Below are positions 1-14,268 of a stretch of 64,000 nt of DNA, piece by piece (the first letter of the stretch is position 1; the number at the start of each line of letters is the position of its first letter). This DNA comes from Octopus vulgaris. Lineage: Eukaryota. The notes beneath the pieces are model-generated. The model was not told the origin of the DNA. It did not search any database and saw only the letters and a list, made by a program, of their open reading frames with translations. The DNA is taken from contig OX597822.1 in NCBI GenBank assembly GCA_951406725.2, forward strand, positions 26,474,001-26,538,000. Direction: 5' to 3'. The position numbers were made by a program, and so were the translations under genes.

Positions 1-464
1 ATTCCACTTTTTCCCCTTCACATTGACTTTATATTTTCGTGTTTTTGATTTTAAACTTCTTAATTACGACAGCAAAAATACACCAGCAAAAGAGATGAAT
101 GCTGGTATCACTCTGTTACAATTTAAATGTTAAGTTCATTTACTAGAAGATAAAAAATATCAACAGTTAAATGCAAAAGCATGTACTTTCACAACTGATA
201 CTATTTTAGGTTAAAAATATTGATTTTCATTGGACATTCTTTTTCAGAAAATCAAACTACCACAGCCTTTATGTGTTACAAGGAGTTTCACAAAAAATAT
301 AAATTTTACAAATTTATTATAATCTAGTCCCATGCAATATTGGATGAATATTTTATGAAGCTGCTACCCTTGTCACGAACAGGGGACAATGACCTGATGT
401 TGTGAATTCTCTTATAGAACTGAAAGAGAATATCTTGATTGTTGTTTGTCAGGTCACCTAGAGT

Positions 465-740
465 AAAGAGCGAAGACTCCCTTCGGTCATGAATGACATG
501 GGATTGCACCTAGAAAGTTCCCCTCCAAGGCACAAGTCTAGGCAAAGTTGTTTATGGAAGACCAGTAGTCAGTCGCCCATGCATACCAGCTTCCTCTCTC
601 CACACTACCGGTGTTATCCAAGGGGAAAGACAAAGGCTAATACAACTTGACACTAGTAACATCGCAACTCATTTCTACAGCTGAGTGAACTTAAGCAGTG
701 TGAAATAAAGTGTCTTGCTCAAGAACACAACACACAGCCT
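465..740 (-). mobile_element. SINE body (CORE-like domain plus distinct 3' tail), head missing
   Basis: Reverse strand reads GTGTTCTTGAGCAAGACACTTTATTTCACACTGC...CACTCAGCTGTAGAAATGAGT, the same central domain as the copies at 13946, 39720 and 47626. Confidence 0.6.
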
Positions 741-1767
741 AAGTGATTGAGCATTCTGTAGGCATGTATACCCTTAACAGATATACATGTCTATGGGTTC
801 TCGGGTGAGAACCCATACACAGGGTGTAAAAAAGGTGTACCTTTGAATTACAAACACAATCTGTTTGATAGGCTTCAGTATAATTTCCATCTACCAGATT
901 TCATTACATAAAGAATGGGTTGACCAATGGTTTTAGAAAATGACATTTGCCCAAGATGTCATACATTCACTAGAATTGAACCCAAGACCTAATGGTTGTG
1001 AAACAAACGTTTTAACATTTCAGCCAGACTGTGCTTTATGCCAGACACAGAAATAAATAAACATGCAAATATCAATAAAATAAACAAAACAAACAAGATG
1101 GTCACAGCAGGCATACTTTTGATCATAGGTCTGTTCAACAACAAAAAAAAAACACACACACACACACACACAAATACACACACTCACAAATACAGATACA
1201 TATTCAGTAATTTTCCAAATTTTGAAGTTCAAAACCAGTTTTATTTTATTTTTATCCTTTTGTTTAACTTTTTATACAAAGTACTCCAGTAATTTTTTTT
1301 AATGATTCACAATGTGCTACCAAGTCAAAAAGATAGAAGAAAATTCTATGGAACAAAACTATTAAAAAACAACAAAAGCCTCCCCCATGAACAAAGAATG
1401 TGATTTTTAGGCTACTGTTTGTTGTTCAAATGCCAGAACTAATTGTCACATAGGTAGACAACAATCTGAACAATAATCTTCAGTTCAATTTACTTGATTG
1501 TTTGTTTAAAGTTATAGATGTCAGTTTGACCTTTAGCAATATTTTGCTTCTTTAGTTTTTCCAATGCCTTGTGAGTGAAATTCGGTTGATGCAAAGTGGC
1601 AGAAATCTCATGACCGTATGCAAGCATGTATGCATGCATGCATGTATATATGTTTGTTTGTTTGTTTGTTTGTTTGTATGTATGTATGTATGTATGTATG
1701 AATGATGTATGTATGTATGTATGTATGTTATTTATTCATTTATGTATATATGTTTGTATGTATGTAA

Positions 1768-1970
1768 GTCATTATTCAGTTTTATTTCGAGATTTGTTGC
1801 CAATAGAGAAATAGCCAGTTTCTAGCCTAGATCTAAGGCTCCTTCATTAGAATTTCAACATCAACACCAAGGTATTTTGTATGTATGTATACGTGCAGAT
1901 TTGTATGTTTTGTTTTATGTATGTCTTCTCATGCATATACTTGCATATCTGGACATGCTCGTATATATTT
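1768..1970 (-). mobile_element. 3' UTR fragment of R4/Dong-like non-LTR retrotransposon
   Basis: Similar to 50384-50632 (ATTATTCAGTTTTATTTC...GCCAATAGAGAAA...GTTTCTA), which continues into the GTVKICKTF C-terminus; adjacent to (TATG)n. Confidence 0.5.
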
Positions 1971-1980
1971 GTAGCATAGA

Positions 1981-2013
<33 letters not shown>

Positions 2014-2014
<1 letters not shown>

Positions 2015-2975
2015 GTATTCGAACATAGCAGGGACCAACTGGTCTTCGGCTGCTGTTTGTATCCCGTGTGTCCACTACTACGATTGGTTGATATTGGCAC
2101 AATTTGTCTCCTACTCTGTTGTGCCAACTGGCCGTGGATAGCCAGTCAGAAACTTTTAATAGCATCACTTGAACAACCTTTTTTGAACCCAATTTCGAGC
2201 TTACTACTTTCTATAAAAATCCAGCTTTTTCCTCATTATACGTCATTGGTTTCAGACCTTTTAAAGTCTAGCCACTGACCACACAAGACACAGCCAGTTT
2301 CAGCGACAACACCACAACAGCCACGTTGAGACTTACCAATTTCGTCCAATAGCGTTACGGCAACCTCTGTCTTCGTGGCCACCATCATCTTCTTAACATC
2401 ATCAACATCATCTCTCTACGTACACATCTAAACAAGCAACTCACCCAGGTTACAACACTTCTCTGTTTGTGAATAACTTCACTATGGATCAACAGCGAAG
2501 ATACAACCTGCAAGAACTCCTGTAACAAGTGACTCAGGCAGCAGCATCACAGCCAGAACTTCACGTACGACATGTACCTGTAACTAGCTCAGCATCATGG
2601 CCACAACTTCTTGATACAGTATTTCAACTAATATGTACAAATGACTACGAACTAGTATTATTTATTTTACTTGTGTCTATGAACTCCTTATTTCGATGGC
2701 TATAGACTCTTTCACTGTCTCCTTTATTGCCATCCTTAGATGTTCTTAACAGATGCATACATCTATGCTTACACACGCACATACATTTTTTTCTCGTGAT
2801 AGTCTGTCTATTATTACTGACATACATGTTAACACATCAATAAATCGTCCCTTAATCATTCTACGCATTTGTCTCTCTTTTTCTCACTGGCACTTATATG
2901 TATTATTCAATTTATATTCATTGTATCGACCGTGGGATGTACTAAAGAGCCATTCTCGTCACTTCGCAATCGTAT
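2014..2975 (+). mobile_element. Possible solo LTR or unclassified repeat
   Basis: About 960 bp of complex sequence between TA/TG microsatellites with CTATAAAA near 2211 and AATAAA near 2839; no partner LTR or TSD seen. Confidence 0.25.
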
Positions 2976-3011
2976 ATATGTCTGTCCGTCTGTGTGTGTA
3001 TGTATGTACGT

Positions 3012-3290
3012 ATCTTCTGTTTTTAATCATTTAAAATTCTCCTCTAAAGAAGCAGTTGGTTTCTAATAATGATACAAAGCTCCGTCTTTGGAATGTAGAT
3101 AACGAAAGCAATATCACATTTTAAACCAGAGAAAAGTCTTGCATAGTTTTACTGTTCCGCTTACATACTGTATTTGTAATGTGCAAATCAGGTGATTTCA
3201 TTTTCTGAAATTCTAAGCTTATCCAGACTGACAGTTAGACATTTACTTACAAAACGAAGTGCACCAATTATTATTGGTGGTGTAAATGTA

Positions 3291-3337
<47 letters not shown>

Positions 3338-3480
3338 AGGTACCAGCTACAGCAGCTGGGAGGATTCGAAACTGAATCTACATTTTTATTAAATGTCAGA
3401 TAAATTTCCGGTCTTTTGTTTTCTCCTCTGTGCACTTGAAAATTAATGAGGATGAATTCACTTTTGAGACGTTCTCTGGT
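3012..3480 (-). mobile_element. R4/Dong-like (RLE-type) LINE 3' fragment
   Basis: Homologous to 49678-50250 (AAAAGTCTTGCATA.TTTTACTGTTCC, encoding a GTVK.CKTFL-type terminus; same 3' UTR ending AAAAACAGAAGA); interrupted by (GT)n. Confidence 0.65.
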
Positions 3481-4050
3481 CATGGAAAGGTCAATCCTTT
3501 GTTTTAGGGTGACCTAGTTTAATTGCCAAACTTTATAAATATCCAGCGAAGGGTTTAGTCAGCCCTTTTTTTTTATCACTACCCTTTGATCAATATGCAT
3601 TCTGATACGAAAAAAAACCCCCCAGAAAAGAGAGGGACAACACATTGCTTATATTCTCTGTTTGACCATATAAATCCCATCCTTTCTTTGTCTCTCGCAG
3701 CAGACAATAATGCTAGCTCCCACATGCAAAGAATCCATAGAACGAATAAGTATTTTACTACAACAAACTAGTAACATGTGTATACACAAACAAACGACGC
3801 GACGATGTCGCTTTATCTTATTTTGTAACGACTTTGTAATCGACTAAATGAAAGGCCATCTTCATAATTAATATTGCTCTTCATCCATTCATTCCTCTGA
3901 TGCTTCATCAGCATTCAAACAACATCATTACTTTTGATTTCGTTACATATGTACGTACATGTGTACGTACGTACGTACGTATGTATGTATGTATGTACGT
4001 ATGTATGTATGTATGTATGTATGTATGTATGTATGTATGTATGTATGTAT

Positions 4051-4195
4051 GGGGAGAGTTTACGAAAAAAAACAAAAGACGATGACAGATGGTGTACAAA
4101 ACAAACAGGTGTATTAGTATAACGCCCAGGAATAGAAAAAGTCTTTTACGTTTCGAGCCTACGCTCTTCTACAGAAAGGGACACAGAAGTAGCTA
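4051..4195 (-). mobile_element. Short Penelope-like non-autonomous element with degenerate hammerhead motif
   Basis: Reverse strand CTGTAGAAGAGCGTAGGCTCGAAACGTAAAAGA; related copies at 5512, 16650, 19818, 27024, 32092 and 56711. Confidence 0.55.
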
Positions 4196-4216
4196 ATGTG
4201 TGTATGTGTGTGTGTA

Positions 4217-5490
4217 CGAGGGACGTTCAATAAGTAATGCCTCTGACCCACTTGCAGTTGTTTGATCTAGCTGAAATTTTGCATGTGCAATCATTTATAT
4301 CTCATTTATATCTCTGAATTAATTGTGGTTTCTGATTTACAGGTGTTTGAACCGAGTCAAGTGTGAAATGGAGCCTGTTGAGTGTCGAGCAGTGATCCGG
4401 TTTTTGTATTGGAAAGGACGCACACTACGAGAGACTTTTGATGAAATGAAAGTAACTTATGGTGATGATGCCCCATCATATGACCTTGTAAAACGCTGGC
4501 ATCGTGAATTCAAACATGGTCGAAACTCTGTGGAAACAGCTCCCAGATCTGGTCGCCCCTTCTGCCATTGATGAGGCATCTGTCCGTCAAGTTGAGGCTG
4601 CCATTTTGGAAGATCGACGCATAATTATTCGCCAAATAGCCCATGAGGTCAAGATTAGTACCGGGTCTGTGGAAACTATCATTCATGACCATTTGCATAT
4701 GCAAAAGGTGTCTGCCAGATGGATTCCCAGGTTGCTCACGCCTTTCCAGAAGCAAGAACGCGTCGAGTGTTCGAGGGTGAATTTGGAGATGTGCCAAGAA
4801 GACGAGTCAAAATTTTTCAAAAGACTGATTACACAAGATGAAACCTGGGTCCATCACGATGATCCAGAGACCAAAGCCCAGTCAATGCAGTGGAAGCACC
4901 GTGACTCACCCCCTCCAAAGAAAGCAAGGGTGCAGCCCTTCGCTGGCAAGGTCATGCTCACAGTCTTCTGAGACCAGGACGGAGTAGTGATGGCAGATTT
5001 CCTGGCAAAGGGTACCACAATTGCAGGAGCCTTTTATGCTTCACTTTTGAGGAAATTAAGAGAAGATATCAAAATCAAGAGGCGGGGCAAGATCAGCAAA
5101 GACATCCTCCTCCTGCTGGACAACGCTCCGGTCCACAACTCGCTTGTCGCCAGATCAGAAGCACAGGCGTATGGCTATGAACTCCTCCCCCATCCCCCTA
5201 CATTCCTGACCTTGCACCCTCTGATTTTCACCTCTTCTCAGTCATGAAGTTGTTTTTGAAAGGAAAGCGTTTCCCAGATGATGCAGCCTTGATTTCTGAA
5301 GTCACGTTCAGGTTGGAGGACCAAGCTGGGGTCTTCTACAAAAACGGTCTCCAGAGGTGCATCAAGCAATGGGAGGAATGCGTAACTCTGGGTGATTCCT
5401 ATGTACAGAAAGACTAATAACTGTGCCAAGTTTCGTTGCTCTACTGCTATGGGAAGTGGGTCAGGGGCATTACTTATTGAACGCCCCTCG
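4217..5490 (+). mobile_element. Full-length mariner (Tc1/mariner, D,D34D) DNA transposon
   Basis: About 37-bp TIRs (CGAGGGACGTTCAATAAGTAATGCCTCTGACCCACTT and its reverse complement ending at 5490, 2 mismatches), TA TSD at 4215-16 and 5491-92, length 1274 bp. Confidence 0.95.
4368..5418 (+). pseudogene. Mariner transposase, disrupted by 2 frameshifts and 1 stop
   Basis: MEPVECRAVIRFLY..., WIPRLL, DETWVHH, DNAPVH and PDLAPSDFHLF motifs; 34 residues between the 2nd and 3rd Asp once the frameshift is corrected; TGA at 4969-71 where W is expected. Confidence 0.9.
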
Positions 5491-5511
5491 TATGTATGTA
5501 TGTATGTATGG

Positions 5512-5720
5512 TTCAAAATTTTACAAAAAATCCCCCCAAAACACAAGACAGAGATAGGTGAGGGAGCAACAAACAAGGCGTATTAGTTTGACGCCTGGGA
5601 AAAATAGAAGAGCCTTTGATGTTTCGAACCTACGCTCTTCTACAGAAAGTAATAAGGAAAGAAAACATGGAGAGAGATAAAAAAGTTGTTTGGATTAACG
5701 TTTCCACATGTTGAATTTAT
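5512..5720 (-). mobile_element. Short Penelope-like non-autonomous element
   Basis: GTTTCGAACCTACGCTCTTCTACAGAAAG motif shared with the copy at 4051. Confidence 0.5.
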
Positions 5721-5726
5721 TTATTT

Positions 5727-6860
5727 ATTATCCCACCCTAGCGAAGGCGGGGGTATTGTTTTCAGTTGTAGTTGTCTGTTTGTTTGTCCGTGAACAAGAT
5801 ATCTCAAGAACCGCTGGATAGATTCGGATGAAACTTTCAGGGATGTTTGGCCTCGTGACTGGCACAAACTGATTAGATTTTGGGATCGATCCGGTACCGG
5901 ACAAAGATTCTGGATTATTTTTCCTGTTAATTTTACTTAATTTTTGAGAGCGGTCGGGTTCATTTTTAGTACTGTAAATCCTCGAGTATAATCCGCATTT
6001 TTTTCCCCAAAAAATTTAAAGGTCAAAATCCCTAGAGCGTACTATATACAAGGTTAAAAATGAAAAATATTTTCTAAGCAATGCCCGAGTCTCTATTTGC
6101 TGTCCGGCAATGTTCATTCAGACGCATTTTATGATGTCGGGCGCGAAAATACCTTAAGCTAAGCCTGAAAGCAATGAAGTCATAAAAGAATCGTCCATAA
6201 CTTGCAGTAAGCAACATTTATTAAAATAAAAGTATTCAGAACACAGAATAACATGTAACAAAAACAATTTGCAAACATATTTACATTCCCATATACTGGC
6301 TTAATTACGCACGAATTGTGCTTTATAGATTAGCGCTAAATAGTTCATTCTGCTGTTTGTATTGGCAGTTTGTATCATTACCGTGGCAAACAATAGATAA
6401 TTAAATGTTTGAACTACTGTGGGTCTTTACTAGAGTTTTTTTATAAGCGGGACTTAAACCTGCACATTAATCTCCAATAAAACATTTTTATACATTACAT
6501 GCCCATAAAATGCCTCGTAGATCTTATTCAGCTATGTTTAAACTTGAAGTTATATCATATGCTGAAGGACGTTACCGTATACATTTTTACAAACCAAGGA
6601 CGTTATATAGACCTCCTTGACTCAAGTTAGGGAAGGGGTGCGTATTGTACACAAGGTTTAGGCTTTTCAGAGGTACAGCCCCCTAAAAATCTCTTGCGTA
6701 TTATACTCAAGGGCGGACTATACTCGAAGATTTACGATATTCTTGTTTGTGAGAACAGTCGAGTTTATTTCAGATATTCTCATTAACAAATCAACTCCGG
6801 CTAAACTTTGAGAGGATGTTGATGTTGCCTTGGCGGAGGTATTCGTTCTCTGAGTGTTTA
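5727..6860 (+). mobile_element. Helentron/DINE-like non-autonomous element split by a nested MITE
   Basis: 5' part ...GCGAAGGCGGGGGTATTGTTTTC...GTCTGTTTGTTTGTCCGTG...GATATCTCAAGAACC and 3' part CTTGGCGGAGGTATTCGTTCTCTGAGTG; interrupted at 5972-6737. Confidence 0.55.
5972..6737. mobile_element. Tc1/mariner-superfamily (pogo/Tc2-like) MITE
   Basis: TIRs C(T/C)GTAAATCCTCGAGTATAATCCGC and GCGGACTATACTCGAAGATTTACG, TA TSDs; second copy at 43407-43926. Confidence 0.85.
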
Positions 6861-6929
6861 TTGATGTATTATGTAGGTGTATGATATGAAAGCGTGTGAA
6901 GATGAAGCGATCTTTATGACATCATGTAT

Positions 6930-7217
6930 GTATGGGTGGATGTGTATGTATGTTGCCTTTGTCTTGACGTGTACACGCTGATTGTAAACAAAACATCACC
7001 ATAATAAAAAATGGTGTTGCTTGTTTATAATCTTCCTCGAAAGCAAGTCCAAGCAGTTCATTCCTTGATAGATTGAAGGAGATCTTACCTTTCTGCTGAG
7101 GATAGTTGGCGACAGGAAGAGCATTTGACCGTAGAAAAATCTTCCTTAACAAAGTTTATTGTCCGATCCGTGCTAGCATGAGAAAGTGAACGTTAAAACG
7201 ATGATAATAATGATGAT
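6930..7217 (+). mobile_element. Degenerate SINE 3' part
   Basis: GTTGGCGACAGGAAGAGCAT...AGCATGAGAAAGTGAACGTTAAAACGATGAT tail; related copy at 50690-50940. Confidence 0.5.
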
Positions 7218-7307
7218 GCGGTTGGTCGATATACCACAGTGATTGTTTTGAATTAGAAAAATAAAGTTACATAGCCTTATCACATTGATGAAGCTTCTCC
7301 AAATATA

Positions 7308-7697
7308 GGTAGGAGTGGCTGTGTGGGAAGTAGCTTGCTTACCAACACATGGTTCCGGGTTCAGTCCCACTGCGTGGCACCTTGGGCAAGTGTCTTCTAC
7401 TATAGCCTCGGGCCGACCAAAGCCTTGTGAGTGGATTTAGTAGACGGAAACTGAAAGAAGCGCGTCGTATATATGTATATAATGTATGTGTGTGTGTATA
7501 TGTTTGCGTGTCTGTGTTTGTCCCCCTAACATCGCTTGACAACCGATACTGGTGTGTTTACGTCCCCATAACTTAGCGGTATGGAGCCCGATAGAATAAG
7601 TACTAAGCTTACAAAGAATAAGTCCTGGGGTCGATTTGTTCGACTAAAGATGGTGCTCCAGCATGGCCACAGTCAAATGACTGAAACAAGTAAAAAG
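7308..7697 (+). mobile_element. tRNA-derived SINE family A (CORE-like, internal microsatellite, CR1-like tail)
   Basis: A-box TGGCTGTGTGG, B-box GGTTCAGTCCC, CCTTGGGCAAGT, tail GGTGCTCCAGCATGGCC.CAGTCAAATGACTGAAACAAG; more than 10 copies in the window. Confidence 0.9.
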
Positions 7698-8043
7698 ATT
7701 TCACAAGCGAATGATAATTTAGCCAGATACATCTGTAGATGAGATAAATACTGGCCATTGCTCCTTTTTGCGATGAACTTGGTATCCACTTTCACAAAAA
7801 AATAAATAACAAATGGCTACAAGTAAAAATGCAGACATGCTCAACCGATACTGTTTTACATTGTCAAAGATAAATTTTAATTGGATTTGCATTGAGAAGA
7901 TCAAATTATAAGACATTTTATTAAATCAGAAAAAAAAAACAACGAGAAAAAAGCCCAAAATATGGTGGTAGGGGTTAAGATGAACTACGTCGGTGAACTT
8001 GCAGTTTAGCACCTAGGAAGATAGGGTTGTCGCTTGAGTGTTG

Positions 8044-8162
8044 TCTTCTTCTTCTTCTTCTTCTTCTTCTTCTTCTTCTTCTTCTCCTCCTCCTCCTCCT
8101 CCTCCTCCTTCTTCTTCTTCTTCTTCTTCTTCTTCTTCTTCTTCTTCTTCTTCTTCTTCTTC
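8044..8162. repeat. (CTT)n/(CCT)n microsatellite
   Basis: Direct inspection. Confidence 0.95.
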
Positions 8163-8439
8163 CACTCAGGACTCACGCGATTAGCCACAAAGAATAATCT
8201 CTATTTCGAGCCTACTCTAAGCTACTAAGAATGCGTGTGGCAACTTGAAGATCCACCCACCACACGCGATAGACTGGCGGTTGCACGGGCGCAAAAACTA
8301 CGTTGTTATCCTCATTCCGTAAACGGTGGCTTTTTAACGGGTGGAGAGCTGAACCATCCTGGGGTACAGAGGATTCGCAATTTAGACTAGGGTCTGAAAG
8401 TTAACCACACCATAGAGGGTTACACCATGGTTCCTCTGC

Positions 8440-8641
8440 TTTGTGGCAGAAGTAGGAAGAAAAAGTGAGAGAAAGTTGTGGTGAAAGAGTACAGCGGGGT
8501 TCACCACCCTCCCCCGCCGGGGCCTAAGGAGCTTAGGTGCTTTTGCTCAATAAACACTCACAATGCCCGGTCTGGGAATCGAAACTGCATTCTTACGACT
8601 GCGAGTCCGCTGCCCTAACCACTGGGCCATTGCGCCTCCAC
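8440..8641 (-). mobile_element. tRNA(Arg)-like SINE family C, 5' part
   Basis: Reverse strand GGAGGCGCAATGGCCCAGTGGTTAGGGCAGCGGACTCGC...GTTTCGATTCCC; longer copy at 24296-24667. Confidence 0.85.
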
Positions 8642-8959
8642 GGGTGTTGTTGTTGTCTGCGGTGACAGCTGGCTGAGTTGATAAATGGAAACATGTTTCT
8701 TGGGCTGCGTGTGGAAGTAATTGGACAACCCATATGAACGTTTAGCAGAAGATTTTATGATTGCACATAAAGACAACTGCGGTGGCGTTTTATTGATCAC
8801 AACTGTAATAATTACATTCTGGGAGAAAGATACTTCTTAGGGTTTACGACAAGCTATTAATACAGCAACATATGCCTTGCCCAACGTAAATGGAAACAAT
8901 TGTGCTATATTCATGGCGACCGATTCCCTGTCATTTATCTGCGCCATCTGGTGTGGAAA

Positions 8960-9380
8960 GAATGGAGACACATATCGCTCAGCTGCTCTAACATCATGCA
9001 AAAGGCAGTCTTTTATTGGACACAAGAAAGAATATTGAATCACGCCATAGATTGACACTTATTGATCACGTGAAACTGTTGTCTGACCACGTATCCAAGG
9101 ATTCGGTTTCGAACCTCTGCTACAGGGTCCATGCCAACGGATAGTGTCATGGAACGCTAGAGCGAGGAACCAGTTAAAATGCTTGGGGGTCTTGTTCGAT
9201 CCCAACTTCCAAGAGTACTGGAACTTAAATGAAGAAACAAGAAGAGCGACCAATCTAACTCAGAAATGGGTTAATATAAAGCTGTCACTGAAAGTTCGGG
9301 CAGAGGTTGCGAGTGACCACCATATTTTGCCCCAATTATCACCTAGAACAGAATATCTGCTATTCAACTTCTGGTTGAAA
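8960..9380 (+). mobile_element. L1/Tx1-type LINE ORF2 remnant
   Basis: KCLGVLFDPN...WVNIKLSLKVRAEVA resembles ERKLSLKGRTEVA at about 36100 and the post-RT region of L1/Tx1 ORF2. Confidence 0.55.
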
Positions 9381-9381
9381 G

Positions 9382-9773
9382 TGTAGTAACCGGTACTGCC
9401 GCGTGACCTCAACCGCTTTTACAGGAATACAACTATTGTGTAACCTTACTACGAACTGGTAAATTAACTCCGTCTAGTCATAAATATCCCGAGAGACTCT
9501 TTTTCTATGCTCTGTATTCTGTCTTACCCGCATACACCTTTGTTTGTACTTATGTTCACTCTTGTAACGAACACAGACACAAACACTTGTTGCACGCACC
9601 GTTATACATACAACGGACATACAGACACACATGTGCACGCACTCAGACACTCCACTTTGCTAGCACCTATACTTTATCTTATTGTACACATCTGTAAATA
9701 AAGTCTTCTTCTCTCAAACAGTAGAACGGTTGTCGTCCTCATTATTCTTTTTGGCACTTATTCTTTTATACCA
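9382..9773 (+). mobile_element. Possible solo LTR
   Basis: Begins TGTAGTAAC where LINE homology stops; AATAAA near 9697; no clear TSD. Confidence 0.3.
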
Positions 9774-10672
9774 TGTATTTTGGCTTATTTTGTTAGGGCG
9801 ACCGTGCGGCGTTAAAAAGGAGATATTTCCGTCACCAACTCCTTACGTACTGTCGTTTTACCTACAAAAGGATGTGCTCCACTGGCCAGGCAGTTCATCT
9901 GCTGCTAGCATCCTCTGCATGTAGGTTAGGTATGGCTATGTTACTTATGCGCAGACCACCGCAGAAACTCTGCTATCTGCAGAGATTCCTAAATGATGAA
10001 CGATGTGAACACCGTTTACGAAACATGTTTATCTGCAGTTTGTTTCTTTGTCGGAGCAGCAATCCTGGTGTTCTGATAAAGCGGAGACCGAAACTGGGCA
10101 CATGGCGTTTTCTGCTCTCTACCGAGCAGGTAACAGGTTCAGTGGTTGTTTCATCCTATTAATCTATTGAGGATTAGTAGCGAGGAAGAGTGATGATGAT
10201 CTCGGAAAGGTTAGAGAATTGAAAAAGTTGAACTGGCTAAATGGCTCAGGAGAGCTTTCAGATCAGGAACTGCTATGGATAACTTCCAGAAGTCTTTGAC
10301 CTGGCAGTACTACCGAGAAGCTCTTACGGATGGAGATAAACTCTGCAGGCAAGGAAATGCTGTCAGATAAATTTGTCCGAGATGTGCACAGGGCGACGTT
10401 ACTGTTCTGCACAAACTTGTTCAGTGCTGGAGTATTGCTGACTTGTGGAGTTACGCAAAGTAGCTGCTACCATGCGTGGGATGGATCCGGTTATCACTCC
10501 ATTGACAGGAAAATCAGTTTTTCTCTGTCTAATGGCAATAGTGAAAGGGGTTTCATTACTTACCTCTTTGGAGAAGCTTTCGTTGACTTTTTCAAGTTTC
10601 ACTTGAGGGCAGAGATGGAGGTGTTATTCTCGAGTGAATGTATTGAAAGGTAGTTGAGGGTGACAAAAATAG

Positions 10673-10877
10673 TTATTTCTTTACTACCCACAAGGGGCAA
10701 AACATAGAGAGGACAAACAAGGACAGACAAACGGATTAAGTCGGTTATATCGACCCCAGTGCGTAACTGGTACTTAATTTATCGACCCCGAAAGGATGAA
10801 AGGCAAAGTCGACCTCGGCGGAATTTGGACTCAGAACGTAACGCCAGACGAAATACGGCTACGCTTTTCGCCCGGCG
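10673..10877 (-). mobile_element. SINE family B (Meta-like central domain)
   Basis: Reverse strand GAGTCCAAATTCCGCCGAGGTCGACTTTGCCTTTCATCCTTTCGGGGTCGATAAATTAAGTACCAG...GCCCCTTGTGGGTAGTAAAGAAAT. Confidence 0.9.
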
Positions 10878-11129
10878 AAACCCAGTTGTGATCTACGTTC
10901 GTTTGAAACCCAGGGCTGTGCTCCCTCCTTTTCAATTCTTTTTCTTTCTAAAACCATGCAATTCTCAGTATAAAATTTCCTTTTCTGTTTCATATATCTC
11001 AAGATTTCTGAATATTTAAGAAACCATGGAAACTTGAGTATCAGTTTTTAGCAAGGTTGTTTATTTACCAAGGGTAGATTTACTAACAAAGCTCTACGTT
11101 TATTTTACCAGTCCACCCATGTGTATACG

Positions 11130-11562
<433 letters not shown>

Positions 11563-11660
11563 CACACACACAACTGCCTGTTGTTTATACACGTCTTCGT
11601 CTTCTGTTTTTCTGTAAATTTCAACTAAACACACACACCACACACACACACACACACACA

Positions 11661-13046
<1,386 letters not shown>

Positions 13047-13324
13047 TAAAGGCCCCTGGCCTGGTTGTTAGGATGTTACACACGCGATTGCAGGATCATA
13101 GCTTCGATTACCGGACCGAATGAGACGCTGTATTCTTGAACGAAGAAATTCAGCTCCCGTTGCCCTATAATCACTTCGACATCTGACGGAGAGAGTATAC
13201 TAATGTACATCACAAACATTTGATCGCTGTAAACAAATCATCCCTGCTGGATTTTCAGCAAGACTTTTGCAGGTCCCACACCTACTGTCTACGACAGCTG
13301 AGTCTGACATATACGAATGTGTAA

Positions 13325-13545
13325 GCATGGCAGACACGTTAGCGCGCCGGGCGAAATGCTTAGCGGTATTTTGTCTGTCGCTACGTTCTGAGTTCAAATC
13401 CCGCCGAGGTCGACTTTGCCTTTCATCTTTTCGGGGTCGATAAATAAAGTATCAGTTTCGCACTGGGGTCGATGTAATCGACTTAATCCATTTGTCTGCC
13501 TTGCTTGTCCCCTCTATGTTTAGCCCCTTGTAGGCAATAAAGAAA
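13325..13545 (+). mobile_element. SINE family B
   Basis: TGGCAGACACGTTAG...GAGTTCAAATCCCGCCGAGGTCGACTTTGCC...GGCAATAAAGAAAT. Confidence 0.9.
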
Positions 13546-13599
13546 TCTATCTATCTATCTATCTATCTATTTATCTATCTACCTATCTGTCTGTCTAAT

Positions 13600-13790
13600 C
13601 TGTTTTTCCTTTTTACATTGACATTTCTGTGAAACACGATCCCTATTGATCGTCCCCACATTTTTTTTTCACCATCCCTTTTGATCGGAATTCGACCCAT
13701 TTCTTTTTCCTTCTCTTCTTCCCAAAAACAAAAGCTCTACTTTGTATTTTGTCGCTTCTGTGTTCAGCCCTGCGTGGCCAATGAAGAAAT
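13600..13790 (+). mobile_element. Probable L1/Tx1-type LINE 3' UTR fragment
   Basis: Ends GTTCAGCCCTGCGTGGCCAATGAAGAAAT, similar to the LINE end at 36780-36810; flanked by (CTAT)n. Confidence 0.4.
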
Positions 13791-13802
13791 CTATCCACCC
13801 AC

Positions 13803-13912
<110 letters not shown>

Positions 13913-13945
13913 CTACACACATATATGCGTACATATGTATAATGT

Positions 13946-14268
13946 GAAGGCGTGTGGCTTAATGGTTAGGGCATTTGGATCAGAATCATGAGGTCGTGAG
14001 TTCAATTCCCGACGATGTGCCGTATCTTTGAGCAAGGCATTTTATTTCACGTTGCTCCTGTCCACTCAGCTGGCAAAAAGGAGTAGTGCCTGTATTTCAA
14101 AGGGTCAGCCTCGTCGCATTCTGTTTCACACTGAATCTCCTTGAGAAGTATATGAAAGGGTACACGTATCCGTGGAGTGCTCAGCCACTTGTATGTTAAT
14201 CTCACAAGCAAGTTGTTCCGTTGATCGGATCAAACTGGAACCCTCGTCATCGTAACCGACGGAGTACC

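Noticed and set aside
7719-7916. Small ORF with a hydrophobic stretch
   Set aside because: Short, with no recognisable homology or splice support
9860-10630. Possible retroelement endonuclease remnants on the minus strand
   Set aside because: Only faint motif resemblance across many stops; too weak to assign
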